DNA of 64,000 nt from Candidatus Omnitrophota bacterium (GTDB taxonomy: Bacteria > Omnitrophota > Gorgyraeia > Gygaellales > Profunditerraquicolaceae), in the NCBI GenBank assembly GCA_041653115.1, contig JBAZGA010000001.1, positions 3 through 64,002 on the forward strand, written 5' to 3'. Under the pieces are notes generated by a model. The model had not been told where the DNA came from. It was given only the letters and a program-made list of their open reading frames with translations, and made no database searches. The position numbers and the translations under genes are program-made. Of this stretch, positions 9,647 to 19,914 are shown piece after piece (position 1 is the first letter of the stretch; every line of letters starts with the position of its first letter).

Positions 9647-10969
9647 ATGAGAGAGGGTTCCGACGTCGTATTAATCAGGGCTAAGGGTTATTTTTCTTTT
9701 GAGAAGGCGCCGCCTATCGGGATTACTTGTATAGCGTCATACATCTCAGATAAATACAGCGTAAAAATTTTTGACCGGGAGCGAAACCCAAACGAGGATT
9801 ACGTAGATTTTATAAAGAATAAAATAGTTCCTCTTAACCCCAGGATAATCGGAATAAGCGCGGTAAGCGCCCAGATAAAAGACGCCTTGATGATAGGCAG
9901 ATTAGCAAGCCAGTATTTACCAAAAGCAAAAATAGTTTTCGGGGGGGTGCATTTTTCTTCGGTCCCTGAAGACGGCTTAAAATCCGGCCATGCCGTTATC
10001 GTGGGGGAAGGTGAAGTTGTGTTTAAGGAGTTATGCGGCTTACCCGAAGAAAGGATAAAGGGCGTATTTTACGGCAGACCTTTGGAAAATTTGGACGAGA
10101 TACCTATTCCTGCTGACGAATTCATCCTTGCTTCGCAAGAGCCCAAGGATGGCGAATATTTATTTTTATCTTCCAGGGGATGCCCGTTTAATTGCACTTA
10201 TTGCCTGTCCAGGGACAGCAAGCAGAGACAGATACGTCTTCACTCCATAGACTACGTTGTTTCCTATCTGCAAAAAGTCCGCCAGCTTTATCCCGATATT
10301 AAAAAGGTCTGGTTCGTAGACGATGTTTTTATCGTAAATGAAGAACGGGTAATTGAATTCTGCGATAAGAGCAGCAAGGCCAATTTAAATTTTGAATATT
10401 CATTTTTTGCGCACGCCAATTATGTCAAGAAGATAGCGTTATTTAAAAAGATGGTTCGGCACAATTTTAACTGTGTCTATATAGGTATAGAATCGGGAGA
10501 CAACGGGATTCTTAAGAAAATAAAGAAAAACACCACGGTAGAAGTCATAGAGAAGGCTGTAAGGATTTTAAAAAAATCCGGATTATACTGCGTAGCCACT
10601 TATATGATAGGAAATATTTCGGAAACAAAGAAGACGGTACTCGATACCATAAACTTCTCCAGAAGGCTGGGGATACCGGCAATTTTTAATTTTGCCGAGC
10701 CCTTTCCGGGGACTGAGTTTTTCAATGAGGTCGAAAATGAGCCGCAGGTGGGTAAGCGTATCACTGAGGACTTCCGCTCAATAAATGAGATAACCTTTGT
10801 GCCAAGGGATTTGGACGAGAAAACCATGCTGGAATTAAGAAATGAGGCAGAAAAATACAAGCCTTATAAGTATCTAATGTCTTACTATCTTAAACACCCG
10901 CGCAAGGGTTTAGTAAAGATAAAAAATAGGCTGAATAGGCTCTTAGTTAAAGCGGGGCGACAGAGATGA
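9647..10969 (+). CDS. B12-binding-domain radical SAM protein (class B radical SAM methyltransferase-like)
   Basis: N-terminal cobalamin-binding-like Rossmann region ('VVLIRAKGYFSF...IGITCIASYI'). A radical SAM cluster motif follows: 'SSRGCPFNCTYCLS' (CxxxCxxC). Confidence 0.65.
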   Translation: MREGSDVVLIRAKGYFSFEKAPPIGITCIASYISDKYSVKIFDRERNPNEDYVDFIKNKIVPLNPRIIGISAVSAQIKDALMIGRLASQYLPKAKIVFGGVHFSSVPEDGLKSGHAVIVGEGEVVFKELCGLPEERIKGVFYGRPLENLDEIPIPADEFILASQEPKDGEYLFLSSRGCPFNCTYCLSRDSKQRQIRLHSIDYVVSYLQKVRQLYPDIKKVWFVDDVFIVNEERVIEFCDKSSKANLNFEYSFFAHANYVKKIALFKKMVRHNFNCVYIGIESGDNGILKKIKKNTTVEVIEKAVRILKKSGLYCVATYMIGNISETKKTVLDTINFSRRLGIPAIFNFAEPFPGTEFFNEVENEPQVGKRITEDFRSINEITFVPRDLDEKTMLELRNEAEKYKPYKYLMSYYLKHPRKGLVKIKNRLNRLLVKAGRQR

Positions 10970-11709
10970 AACTTTATTGTTATTACACTAAATCTCACGA
11001 GTCTTTATTAAATACTTTTTTTCTTCCGTCGTTAAAAGATGATTATAAAGTAATTTTAAAAAAGGGCGAGCAAAAATGTTCAAAGGGAAGCTATAAGGAA
11101 GAAGGCTGGCTTGAAACAACAATGGGCAAAGTCGACTTTATTATTGCCGCCATACTCGATAATCGGAACAAGTTATTTCTATTTTCCGATCCGGACATCC
11201 AGTTTTTTAGAGAAACGGAAAAGTATATACTAAAAATTGCAAAAGACCAGGATATCGTCGCTCAACGCAATGACCCGTCGGGAAAGCTGTGCAGCGGATT
11301 TTTTGCCTGTCGGGCAAATGAGAAGACCCTGAATTTATGGCGGGATGTACGTAAATTTATCTGCAACAAGGAAGGCGATGATCAAGACGGACTAAATTAC
11401 TTTTTAAAATTATCGATTTTAACTTCGCCGCACCATTATTTTCGAAAAAGAATGAGTATTATTTTATCTAAGCGCGGCCTTAATTATCACAAAATTAATT
11501 GGCGATATTTACCGTCTTTTTTCTTCGGCGGCGGGATGTTAAGCGGCAGGCGCTGGGAGCCGGGCATGAGGCTCAAGATACCTAAGAATATTGCGATGCA
11601 TCATGCCAATTGGACCTTCGGAATCGAAAATAAAATTACGCAGCTGAACCTTGTTAGAAATATCTGTACCGGAAGAAAATTCGTTATAAACAGTGCAAAT
11701 AATTTATAA
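10966..11709 (+). CDS. Hypothetical protein, possible nucleotide-diphospho-sugar transferase
   Basis: 247 aa with a DxD-like 'FSDPDIQF' and no TM segments. The assignment is weak. Confidence 0.25.
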   Translation: MKLYCYYTKSHESLLNTFFLPSLKDDYKVILKKGEQKCSKGSYKEEGWLETTMGKVDFIIAAILDNRNKLFLFSDPDIQFFRETEKYILKIAKDQDIVAQRNDPSGKLCSGFFACRANEKTLNLWRDVRKFICNKEGDDQDGLNYFLKLSILTSPHHYFRKRMSIILSKRGLNYHKINWRYLPSFFFGGGMLSGRRWEPGMRLKIPKNIAMHHANWTFGIENKITQLNLVRNICTGRKFVINSANNL

Positions 11710-11714
11710 TCGCC

Positions 11715-12572
11715 ATGATTTCAAGTAATAATACTAAGGTCTCGATTATCACGGTTTGCCTTAATTCCGAGAAATACATAGAGAAAACGATTAAAAGCGT
11801 ATTATCCCAGACGTATCCCAATATCGAATATGTGATAATAGACGGCGGTTCTGCGGACCGGACACTGGAAATAGTTGAAAGATATAAGAACCGGCTCGGC
11901 TACTTTGCGAGCGGGCCTGACAAGGGCATTTATGACGCCCAGAATAAAGGAATTAGCCTCTCTGAAGGGCAAATTATTTCTATCCTTAACTCCGATGACT
12001 ATTTTTACTCAAATGATGCAGTCGAAAAGGCCGTTGAATTTTTTGCAAGGAATAAAGCGATAGATTTCGTATACGGCAATATGCTCTGCGTTAATGGCGA
12101 TGGTTCGCAGGCGTGTTTAAAACATTATCCGCGCCGCTTGAAAAAGAGGCATTTTTTAAGAGATACCCTGGGTCATTCCGCGACGTTTTTTCGCAGGGAG
12201 GCTTTCCAGAGGGCGGGTGATTACAATACCAGCTATAGGATTTCCGCTGATTACGAATGGTACCTGCGGGCGCTCTATAAAAAAGGAATGCGCGCTGCAC
12301 ATTGTAAGCGGATATTTTCCGTATTTAATATGGGAGGTCTGTCGGGTAGGGGTGAGTTATTTATTAGCGAGATAGATTCAATTAAAAAAATTTACTTTAC
12401 TCCTTCGGAAAGAGTTATAGGCGCTTGTTTTAACTTTATCCTGTGCGGAGATATTTTCCGCTTTATGGCAAGGTTGCTTATGCGGAACAACAGTTACGCT
12501 TTTTTTCGCGCAAAATACAGAAGGCAGGTCTATTTAAAATATGCAAAATATCTTTCAACGGGAGGCATTTAA
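11715..12572 (+). CDS. Family 2 glycosyltransferase
   Basis: 'VSIITVCLNSEKYIEKTIKSVLSQTYPNIEYVIIDGGSADRT' is the canonical GT2 N-terminus, and 'NSDDYF' is DxD-like. Confidence 0.7.
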   Translation: MISSNNTKVSIITVCLNSEKYIEKTIKSVLSQTYPNIEYVIIDGGSADRTLEIVERYKNRLGYFASGPDKGIYDAQNKGISLSEGQIISILNSDDYFYSNDAVEKAVEFFARNKAIDFVYGNMLCVNGDGSQACLKHYPRRLKKRHFLRDTLGHSATFFRREAFQRAGDYNTSYRISADYEWYLRALYKKGMRAAHCKRIFSVFNMGGLSGRGELFISEIDSIKKIYFTPSERVIGACFNFILCGDIFRFMARLLMRNNSYAFFRAKYRRQVYLKYAKYLSTGGI

Positions 12573-12575
12573 AGA

Positions 12576-14102
12576 GTGCGGTTGCCGGTAGTTTTTTTTA
12601 TTTTATTCTTACTCGTCATTAACGCTGTCGCTCATTTCCTGCCTTTTGAGCGTTCATCCCTTGCCCCGGATGATTATTATTATCTTCGCTGGATGAAAGA
12701 AGTTAACCCAACGCACTTGTCGGATTATTTTAAAATTTCTCCGGACCGGCCGATAGCGCATATGCTTATCAACGGACTTTTTAAAGTCGTTCAAGATAAT
12801 TCGCAATTAAGCCTGATTTATATTTTTCTAGTCAGCTCGTTTAATCTACTATTGGTTTTTTTCATATTCAAGGCGCTATTTAATAACCTTTCTTTGGCTT
12901 TTATCGGTTCTCTTATCTTCTGCCTGATGCCGAATATGCTGGAAGTTTATCATACTTTTACCTATGCTTTTCCCGCTACGCACATCGGCGTTTACCTGGC
13001 CAGTTTTCTTTTTTATCTTTATTTTAATAAGAAAAAGAAAATAATCTATCTTGTTTTCTCGCTAGCGACATATACGGCAGGCCTGCTTGCCTATGAGGTA
13101 GGATTTTTTCTGCCTGTAATCTTTTTGGCTTACAATATTTTATACCTAAAGGAAAGCCCTAAAAAACACCTGCTTTATTTTACGATACCCGCATTCTTTT
13201 ATGCCTTATTGCGGCTGAGCAGCGCCCTTAGTTTTTCCGGCGTCTCTACTGCCGCGATTCCCCGGCAGATAGCCTTTTCGTTGTCGCCTTTCATCGACCT
13301 TTTTCACCAGTATTTGGGCAGGTATATGATGCGGAATATCCTTTACGGAATTTATAAATTTTTTGATATGGATTTAAGTTTACGCTTATTTATTATATTC
13401 ATGGATATTATTATTGTGGCAAGCTTATTTTTTCTCTTGAAGAAGGTTAATTTAGAAAAAGTTAGTAAGCGCCTGCTGATATTTGCTTTTTGGGTATTTT
13501 CCGCGTTTCTTCTGCCTATTGCGTTATACGGCAGCGGGGTAGGCGGGAGGCATTTGGTATTGCCGTCAATAGGTTTTGTTATTTTCCTGATCTGGCTCTT
13601 GGAAAGAACAGGCAGATACTGGCGGCTTACCTTTTTGGCTTTTGTTTCCCTGGCATTGATAATCTGCCAGGGGAATGCCTGGATACAGGTCATCGCCTGC
13701 AGGATAAACGGCGCCATATATGAAACAATGAAAGAAAAAAAGAGTCAGTTGCTTGCCGCGGGAAACATTGTAATTGATACCAAAAGCTTTGCCGATAATA
13801 TTGATTTCACCTGGAAGATAACAGAACATAATGTCCTTAATACTTATTATGGGGCTCAGGCATTTGAAGAGTGGATGTTTGAAAATATGGCTAAGTTAAT
13901 TACCGGCGATAATAATAAAGCGGTATATGCCGCAATTGGCAGCGTGATATCCGAAGACGGCTGGCTTAAATTTGAGATTGCCGGAGAACGGGAATACCGC
14001 CGCATCCTTAAGAAGACAGTCATTCTGCCCGCTCAAGGCTCTGTGATAATTGATTTTAAGACAGTTTATAATAAGGGTTTTAAAAACGGATTAAGGATAT
14101 AG
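12576..14102 (+). CDS. Polytopic membrane protein (putative GT-C-like glycosyltransferase or polymerase), GTG start
   Basis: 508 aa with at least 10 predicted TM helices in the first ~370 aa, followed by a soluble C-terminal domain. This architecture is typical of GT-C / PMT / ArnT-like enzymes. Confidence 0.35.
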   Translation: MRLPVVFFILFLLVINAVAHFLPFERSSLAPDDYYYLRWMKEVNPTHLSDYFKISPDRPIAHMLINGLFKVVQDNSQLSLIYIFLVSSFNLLLVFFIFKALFNNLSLAFIGSLIFCLMPNMLEVYHTFTYAFPATHIGVYLASFLFYLYFNKKKKIIYLVFSLATYTAGLLAYEVGFFLPVIFLAYNILYLKESPKKHLLYFTIPAFFYALLRLSSALSFSGVSTAAIPRQIAFSLSPFIDLFHQYLGRYMMRNILYGIYKFFDMDLSLRLFIIFMDIIIVASLFFLLKKVNLEKVSKRLLIFAFWVFSAFLLPIALYGSGVGGRHLVLPSIGFVIFLIWLLERTGRYWRLTFLAFVSLALIICQGNAWIQVIACRINGAIYETMKEKKSQLLAAGNIVIDTKSFADNIDFTWKITEHNVLNTYYGAQAFEEWMFENMAKLITGDNNKAVYAAIGSVISEDGWLKFEIAGEREYRRILKKTVILPAQGSVIIDFKTVYNKGFKNGLRI

Positions 14103-14111
14103 GGGAGCTCT

Positions 14112-15374
14112 ATGTATAAAGAAATTACAAAATGCAGGATTTGCGGAAATACGGAACTGCTGCCCATCCTTAACCTTGGCAGGCAGGCATTGACCGGAAT
14201 CTTTCCTAAAGATAAAACCCAGGAGATCACCGAAGGGCCGCTGGAGCTGGTCAAATGCAATGACGAGAATAACGCAAATTGCGGACTTGTGCAACTTAAA
14301 CATTCCTATAGCCTGCCCGAATTGTATGGGGATAACTACGGTTATAGGTCCGGGCTTAATAAATCCATGATTAAGCATTTGCATAATAAAGTAAGAGAAA
14401 TAACGAAATTGGTAGAGTTGTCCTCCGGAGACCTGGTTATTGATATCGGCAGCAACGACAGCACGCTCCTGCAGGCCTATCCCGATAATAAAGGCCTTAT
14501 TTTAGCGGGAGTAGACCCCACCGGAATAAAATTCCGGGAATATTATCCCGCGCATATCCACCTTATTTCTGAATTTTTTTCTGCCAAGGTGATAAGGAAT
14601 AAGTTTGGCCGTAAAAAAGCGAAAATAATTACTTCTATCGCCATGTTTTATGATTTAGACTCGCCGGTTGACTTTATGCGGGAAATATACGATATCCTTG
14701 ACGAAAAAGGAGTCTGGGTCTTTGAGCAAAGTTATTTGCCGAGCATGCTTGAGGTAAACGCATATGACACGGTCTGTCATGAACACCTTGAATATTATGC
14801 CTTTAAACAGATAAAGTGGATGGCTGAAAAAGTCGGCTTTGAAATACTCGATGTCAAGATAAACGCGGTTAACGGAGGAAGTTTTTCTGTAGCGGTTGCC
14901 AAAAGAAATTCCGCTTATCGGCCTAACCGCGCTTTTATCGATACCTTGTTAACGGAGGAGAAGAAAAAAGGTTTTAATACCTCGGCGCCTTATAAAGATT
15001 TTTGCCGGAGCGTATTTAAGCACAGGGATGAACTTTCGGCTTTCCTGGAAGAGATGAAAAATAAAGGAAAGATGATATTAGGATACGGCGCTTCGACGAA
15101 GGGCAACGTGATTCTTCAATTTTGTCAAATTAAGGCCGATTCGCTTCCTTTCATAGCCGAGGTAAATAAGGATAAATTCGGCGCTTTTACTCCCGGTACC
15201 TTGATCCCCATAGTATCTGAAGAAGAGGCACGGAAGATGAATCCCGACTATTTTATGGTTTTGCCCTGGCACTTTAAAGAAGGCATAATTAAGAAAGAAA
15301 GAGGCTATTTAGACTCAGGGGGGAAATTATTTTTTCCTCTCCCCGCGTTGGAAGTTTTTGAAGAGGGCGGATAA
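14112..15374 (+). CDS. SAM-dependent C-methyltransferase of the TylCIII/NDP-hexose C3-methyltransferase type
   Basis: N-terminal Zn-ribbon 'CRICGNTEL...C...C', a methyltransferase core 'LVIDIGSNDSTLL' and a conserved C-terminal Methyltransf_14-like domain. Confidence 0.55.
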   Translation: MYKEITKCRICGNTELLPILNLGRQALTGIFPKDKTQEITEGPLELVKCNDENNANCGLVQLKHSYSLPELYGDNYGYRSGLNKSMIKHLHNKVREITKLVELSSGDLVIDIGSNDSTLLQAYPDNKGLILAGVDPTGIKFREYYPAHIHLISEFFSAKVIRNKFGRKKAKIITSIAMFYDLDSPVDFMREIYDILDEKGVWVFEQSYLPSMLEVNAYDTVCHEHLEYYAFKQIKWMAEKVGFEILDVKINAVNGGSFSVAVAKRNSAYRPNRAFIDTLLTEEKKKGFNTSAPYKDFCRSVFKHRDELSAFLEEMKNKGKMILGYGASTKGNVILQFCQIKADSLPFIAEVNKDKFGAFTPGTLIPIVSEEEARKMNPDYFMVLPWHFKEGIIKKERGYLDSGGKLFFPLPALEVFEEGG

Positions 15375-16095
15375 CGTGCCGGATGAAAAAAGTTTAATTT
15401 TTATACCTACTTATAACGAAAAGGAGAATGCCGAGAAGTTATATTTTAAGATAGCTTCTTTAAATATCCCTTTTGATATTCTTTTTATCGATGATAACTC
15501 TCCGGACGGAACGGGAATATCTTTGGATAACCTGGCGAAAAGGTTCAATAATGTCAAAGTCATCCACCGCCCCGGTAAAATGGGTATCGGCAGCGCGCAT
15601 AAGCAAGGAATAAGATACGCCTACCAGAATAGTTACGGGATATTAATCACTATGGATTGCGATTTTACCCATTCTCCGGAATATATTCCCAGGTTCATCG
15701 GCTATTCGCAAGATTACGATGTAGTGCTGGGTTCGCGTTTTCTTTCTTCAGCCAGCCTGGTTGGCTGGAGCAGGTGGAGAAAATTTTTAACACTCGCGGG
15801 GCATACCCTAACCAGGATTTTGCTGGGATTTTCTTATGATGCCTCGGGCGCTTACCGGCTCTATAACCTTAAAAAGATTCCCCGGGAGGCCTTTGATTCC
15901 GTAATTTCGGAAGGATACTCGTTTTTCTTTGAAAGCCTGTATCTACTAAATAAAAGGAAGCTAAATATAAAAGAATTCTCGATTATGCTTCCGGCTCGCA
16001 GCAGCGGCCATTCCAAGATGGACTTGAAAGCGGCGATAAAAGGCGTAAGTTATCTTTTTTGGCTCTGGCTAAAGAATATTTTTAGGGGACGTTGA
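15358..16095 (+). CDS. GT2 polyprenol-phosphate glycosyltransferase (dolichyl-phosphate mannose synthase-like); real start probably GTG at 15376
   Basis: 'LIFIPTYNEKENAEKLYFKI...FIDDNSPDGTG' matches the Dpm1/GtrB family. Confidence 0.7.
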   Translation: MKRADNVPDEKSLIFIPTYNEKENAEKLYFKIASLNIPFDILFIDDNSPDGTGISLDNLAKRFNNVKVIHRPGKMGIGSAHKQGIRYAYQNSYGILITMDCDFTHSPEYIPRFIGYSQDYDVVLGSRFLSSASLVGWSRWRKFLTLAGHTLTRILLGFSYDASGAYRLYNLKKIPREAFDSVISEGYSFFFESLYLLNKRKLNIKEFSIMLPARSSGHSKMDLKAAIKGVSYLFWLWLKNIFRGR

Positions 16096-17327
16096 AGATG
16101 CGCATGTTAAAAAAGACGGTTTTTTTTGCCGTGATTTTGGTAATAGCAAGTATTGCGCTTAAGCTTTGGTTTGTATTTACTTATGGCAGGGGGCAGGAGG
16201 TTTTGAGTTACCTCTCCGATTCCGGTTATGAAATTACCGGGAACCTGCTTAAGGGAGAGGGGTACAATATGACTTACTTATCTTCAAAACCCCTTTATTC
16301 ATTTCGCCCGCCCCTTTACCCGCTTTTTTTGTTCGTTATATTTAGTTTTTTCGGAAAAAATATCCTGCTTTTAAGAGTGATTTATATCGGCATTGTTACT
16401 TTCATCGCTTACTTTACCTATCTAATCGGGAAAAGGGTTTTTAATAATACTGTCGGGGCTATTGCTTCCCTCGCGGTTTTATTTTATCCCCCGCTGATTT
16501 TTTATGTCGTCTGGACAGGCCCGGAGGCGATAAGTACGCTTATTTTGACGGCTACTGTTTTTTTAATAGTTTCAACTTCAGGCTGGAGCAATTTGAAACT
16601 CGTATTTCTCGGTTTAATGTTTAGCCTGTTGATGTACAGCCAGTCAAATCTAGCAGGGCTTGCGCCGATCCTGATTGTATATTCTATCCTGACTCTAAAA
16701 AAAGAAAGATGGAAAAAAGCGGCTATTATTTTGTTTTCTACGGCTTTATTCCTATCGCCTTGGATAGCAAGAAATTTTATAATCCACAAAAAATTAGTTT
16801 TTACCAGCGGCACGGGGTTAGCTTTTGCTTCCGCAAATAATCCTGATGTATTGAGTAAAGGCAGCGGGGATTATTACTACGCCCCTTTTATCACGGAAGC
16901 GCAAAGTCTCTCTGAATTGGAAAGGGACCGTTATCTAATGCGGAAGGGGTTAGAGTTTATAGCCCGGAGCCCTCTTGAATACGCAAAATTATCTATGCTT
17001 AGGTTCTGGCGGATATGGAGGCCTTATTTCCAACTCGTTGACGACGGAAGAAACCTTTTCCGAAAAAGAGACCAGATTATCCTTTTTTGCATAGAAACCC
17101 CGCTTCTATTATTTTTTCTGCTGGGCATTTTATTCGCTCATAAGAAAAAAGAAAAAAAGCTCTGGCTCTTTTATGCCATCTTTGCCTATTTTACCATTGC
17201 CGGAACTTTGATGAGAGCAAAAGTCAGTTATCGTTTTTTGTATTCTCCGTTAATTATTGTTATTGCCTCTTTCGGTCTTATAGAATCATATCGCCGCGTA
17301 AAAGCGCTGAGGAATAAAAATGCATAG
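16092..17327 (+). CDS. GT-C fold membrane glycosyltransferase (ArnT/PMT, GT39/GT83-like)
   Basis: 411 aa with about 11 TM helices. It has the ArnT-like architecture and sits directly downstream of the Dpm1-like GT2. Confidence 0.45.
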   Translation: MKMRMLKKTVFFAVILVIASIALKLWFVFTYGRGQEVLSYLSDSGYEITGNLLKGEGYNMTYLSSKPLYSFRPPLYPLFLFVIFSFFGKNILLLRVIYIGIVTFIAYFTYLIGKRVFNNTVGAIASLAVLFYPPLIFYVVWTGPEAISTLILTATVFLIVSTSGWSNLKLVFLGLMFSLLMYSQSNLAGLAPILIVYSILTLKKERWKKAAIILFSTALFLSPWIARNFIIHKKLVFTSGTGLAFASANNPDVLSKGSGDYYYAPFITEAQSLSELERDRYLMRKGLEFIARSPLEYAKLSMLRFWRIWRPYFQLVDDGRNLFRKRDQIILFCIETPLLLFFLLGILFAHKKKEKKLWLFYAIFAYFTIAGTLMRAKVSYRFLYSPLIIVIASFGLIESYRRVKALRNKNA

Positions 17328-18687
17328 TTTTAGCAAGCCCTACCATAGGCAAATTAGTTTAGCCTTAATCTCTGCGATCGTACTTTTTGGCTGTATTTTC
17401 CCGCAGATATTTATTCCTTTGCTTTTTGTTTTAGCTTTCATATTTGTTGGCGCCTCTTTGGCAAGATTCGGCGATAAAGATAATTGGCGGCCGTTATATA
17501 AGATTTTTTTAAGCGGGCTTTTCTTGCGTTTATTGATTTGCATGGCATTAGCTGTCGTTTCATATAAAATCGCAGGCCACCCGTTCTTTTTGGGAGCGGA
17601 TGATTATGGAAATGGGCTGATGGCGAGTGAGCTTGTCAGGATTTGGAAGGAAACGGGCCAGCTCCCCCTGCCGAAAAGCCTTCCCTGGATGTTAATGGCG
17701 GGCGATATGACCTACGCCTATGCTTTATCGCGTCTTTATTATTTTTTGGGAGAATACCCGCTGATGCCGCTTTTTATTAATTGTTCATTTGGCGCATTGT
17801 CCATTATTTTAATCTACTTGATCGGAAAAGAGATATACAATCACAAAGTCGGCCTCGGGGCAGCGGCTTTTTTTACGCTCTGGCCTTCCGTAGTGTTGTG
17901 GTCAACGCAAAACCTCAAAGAAGCACTGACAATCTTTTTAATCCTTGCTATCTTTTATTGCGTAATAAAGTTGCGGAATGGGGGGCAGATACTGGCCCAC
18001 TGGGCAACGGCATCTTTTGCATTTTTTCTCCTTATGAAAATAAGAACACCCATAGCGTTTTTTATTTTATTTTCTCTATATTTCAGCCTCCCGTTTTTTG
18101 CTAAGCAGGGTAGAAACAGGGCTTTATTTATCCTGTCTTTCTTTACCATTTCCGCCTTTTTTATAATTATAATTTATTACATGATAAACAAATTTACCTT
18201 AGAACTATTTGATCTGACTTTAAACCGTTTCCTGGCGTCACTGCAAGTCATGCGCATAAACAAGATGTACGCCGCGGAGAGCTTTTTCCTTAAGGATATC
18301 GATATTTCAAAACCATTGAATCTGCTGTTAAACTTACCTTCATTTTTGGCGTACATATATTTTGCGCCTTTTCCTTGGCAGGCAATTAAGCCGGCTCGCA
18401 TATTTGCCTCCGTAGAGATGTTGATCTGGGCGTTCTTTTCATTGGCTGCGCTAAAAGGGATACTTTTAAGTATCCGGTATAAATTCAAGGAGTCCGTGAC
18501 TATACTTATATTTTTACTAATTATGACTTTTGTTTTTGTCGGCGAAGGCAATATCGGAACATTATTTAGGCACCGGGCTTTTATTTGGCCTTTTCTGTTT
18601 TTGATGACTTCTACCGGTCTTTGTTATAGATTTTCCGGCATTAAAAATTTAGACACAGGACCGATGAATGATAACAAGAAAAAATGA
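17320..18687 (+). CDS. Polytopic membrane protein (putative GT-C / polymerase-like)
   Basis: 455 aa with at least 10 TM helices and no recognisable soluble domain. Confidence 0.3.
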   Translation: MHSFSKPYHRQISLALISAIVLFGCIFPQIFIPLLFVLAFIFVGASLARFGDKDNWRPLYKIFLSGLFLRLLICMALAVVSYKIAGHPFFLGADDYGNGLMASELVRIWKETGQLPLPKSLPWMLMAGDMTYAYALSRLYYFLGEYPLMPLFINCSFGALSIILIYLIGKEIYNHKVGLGAAAFFTLWPSVVLWSTQNLKEALTIFLILAIFYCVIKLRNGGQILAHWATASFAFFLLMKIRTPIAFFILFSLYFSLPFFAKQGRNRALFILSFFTISAFFIIIIYYMINKFTLELFDLTLNRFLASLQVMRINKMYAAESFFLKDIDISKPLNLLLNLPSFLAYIYFAPFPWQAIKPARIFASVEMLIWAFFSLAALKGILLSIRYKFKESVTILIFLLIMTFVFVGEGNIGTLFRHRAFIWPFLFLMTSTGLCYRFSGIKNLDTGPMNDNKKK

Positions 18688-19913
18688 ACATACTCTATAT
18701 ATCATATAACGGCGCACTTGAGCCGCTGGGACAGTCGCAGGTTATATCTTATTTAACAAGGTTATCGCTAAAAGAAGGCTTGGTTTTTACTTTATTGACC
18801 TTTGAGAGGGAAAATGACCTTAGGGACGATAAATCATTTGAAAAAATAAGCGGTATTCTCGAGGAAAATAAAATCGAATGGCATAGATTAACTTATCACA
18901 AGCAGCCATTTCTGGTTTCTACGGTTTACGATATATTGTTAGGCGTTATTTATTCATTGCGTCTTATTTCCAAGAATAAGATAAGCGTTATCCATGCCCG
19001 CAGTTATGTGCCGGCAGTCATCGCCTGCATTATAAAAAAGGCATTGAATAAAAAAATTAAATTTATTTTTGATATGCGCGGCATGATGATAGACGAGTAT
19101 GCGGAGGGCGGGATATTCAAGAAAAACGGCGTTATATACAGGCTTGGAAAAATAATAGAAAAACGAATACTGCTTTTATCCGACAGGATAGTCGTCCTGA
19201 CCGAAAGGATAAAAAATACAATTGATGATTGCGATTATCTCAAAGGCAAAAAAGACTTAAAGACGGCGGTTATTCCTTGCTGCGTTGATTTAAGGAAATT
19301 TTCTCCCGATTTACCGAAAGGCGAAATCCGCCGTAAACTTGGCTTAACGGGCACTTTTATTTTTGTCTATGCCGGCTCGGTTGGGACGTGGTATTTCCTC
19401 GAAGGGATGCTGGATTTATTTAAAATTGCTAAAAAGATAATACCCACCGCCCATTTTTTATTTATAAACCGGGATAACGCCGCCATTTTAAAAAACGAGA
19501 TTCTCGTAAAGGGCCTGGATGGGAAGGATTTTACTATAATCCGCTCCGGCTATGATGATATGCCTTATTATATTTCTGAATGTGATGCCGGAGTTATTTT
19601 TTATAAACAGCTTTTTTCAAGACAGGCGTGTTGCCCGGTGAAATTCGGCGAATATCTTTCCTGCGGAATTCCTTTGGTTTTAAATTCCGGGATTGGCGAT
19701 ACAGAAGAAATTGTAAGGACGCATAGAATAGGCGGGATAGTGAAGGAATTCTCCGAGGATTATTACGCCGATGCCATAAACGAACTTTTAGAGATTAAGA
19801 AAGAAGGTCCGGGGGTTAAACAGCGTTGCCGCAGCGTAGCGGAAAAATTACTTTCCCTGGAAATAGGAATTAACAAATATGCTGGAATTTATAAAGAATT
19901 GAAGGAAACCTAA
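18684..19913 (+). CDS. Family 4 (GT-B) glycosyltransferase
   Basis: 'MNILYISYNGALEPLGQSQV' N-terminus. The C-terminal half carries 'CDAGVIFY...EFGEYLSCGIPLV' (the E-x7-E region of the GT4 family). Confidence 0.55.
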   Translation: MNILYISYNGALEPLGQSQVISYLTRLSLKEGLVFTLLTFERENDLRDDKSFEKISGILEENKIEWHRLTYHKQPFLVSTVYDILLGVIYSLRLISKNKISVIHARSYVPAVIACIIKKALNKKIKFIFDMRGMMIDEYAEGGIFKKNGVIYRLGKIIEKRILLLSDRIVVLTERIKNTIDDCDYLKGKKDLKTAVIPCCVDLRKFSPDLPKGEIRRKLGLTGTFIFVYAGSVGTWYFLEGMLDLFKIAKKIIPTAHFLFINRDNAAILKNEILVKGLDGKDFTIIRSGYDDMPYYISECDAGVIFYKQLFSRQACCPVKFGEYLSCGIPLVLNSGIGDTEEIVRTHRIGGIVKEFSEDYYADAINELLEIKKEGPGVKQRCRSVAEKLLSLEIGINKYAGIYKELKET

Positions 19914-19914
19914 G

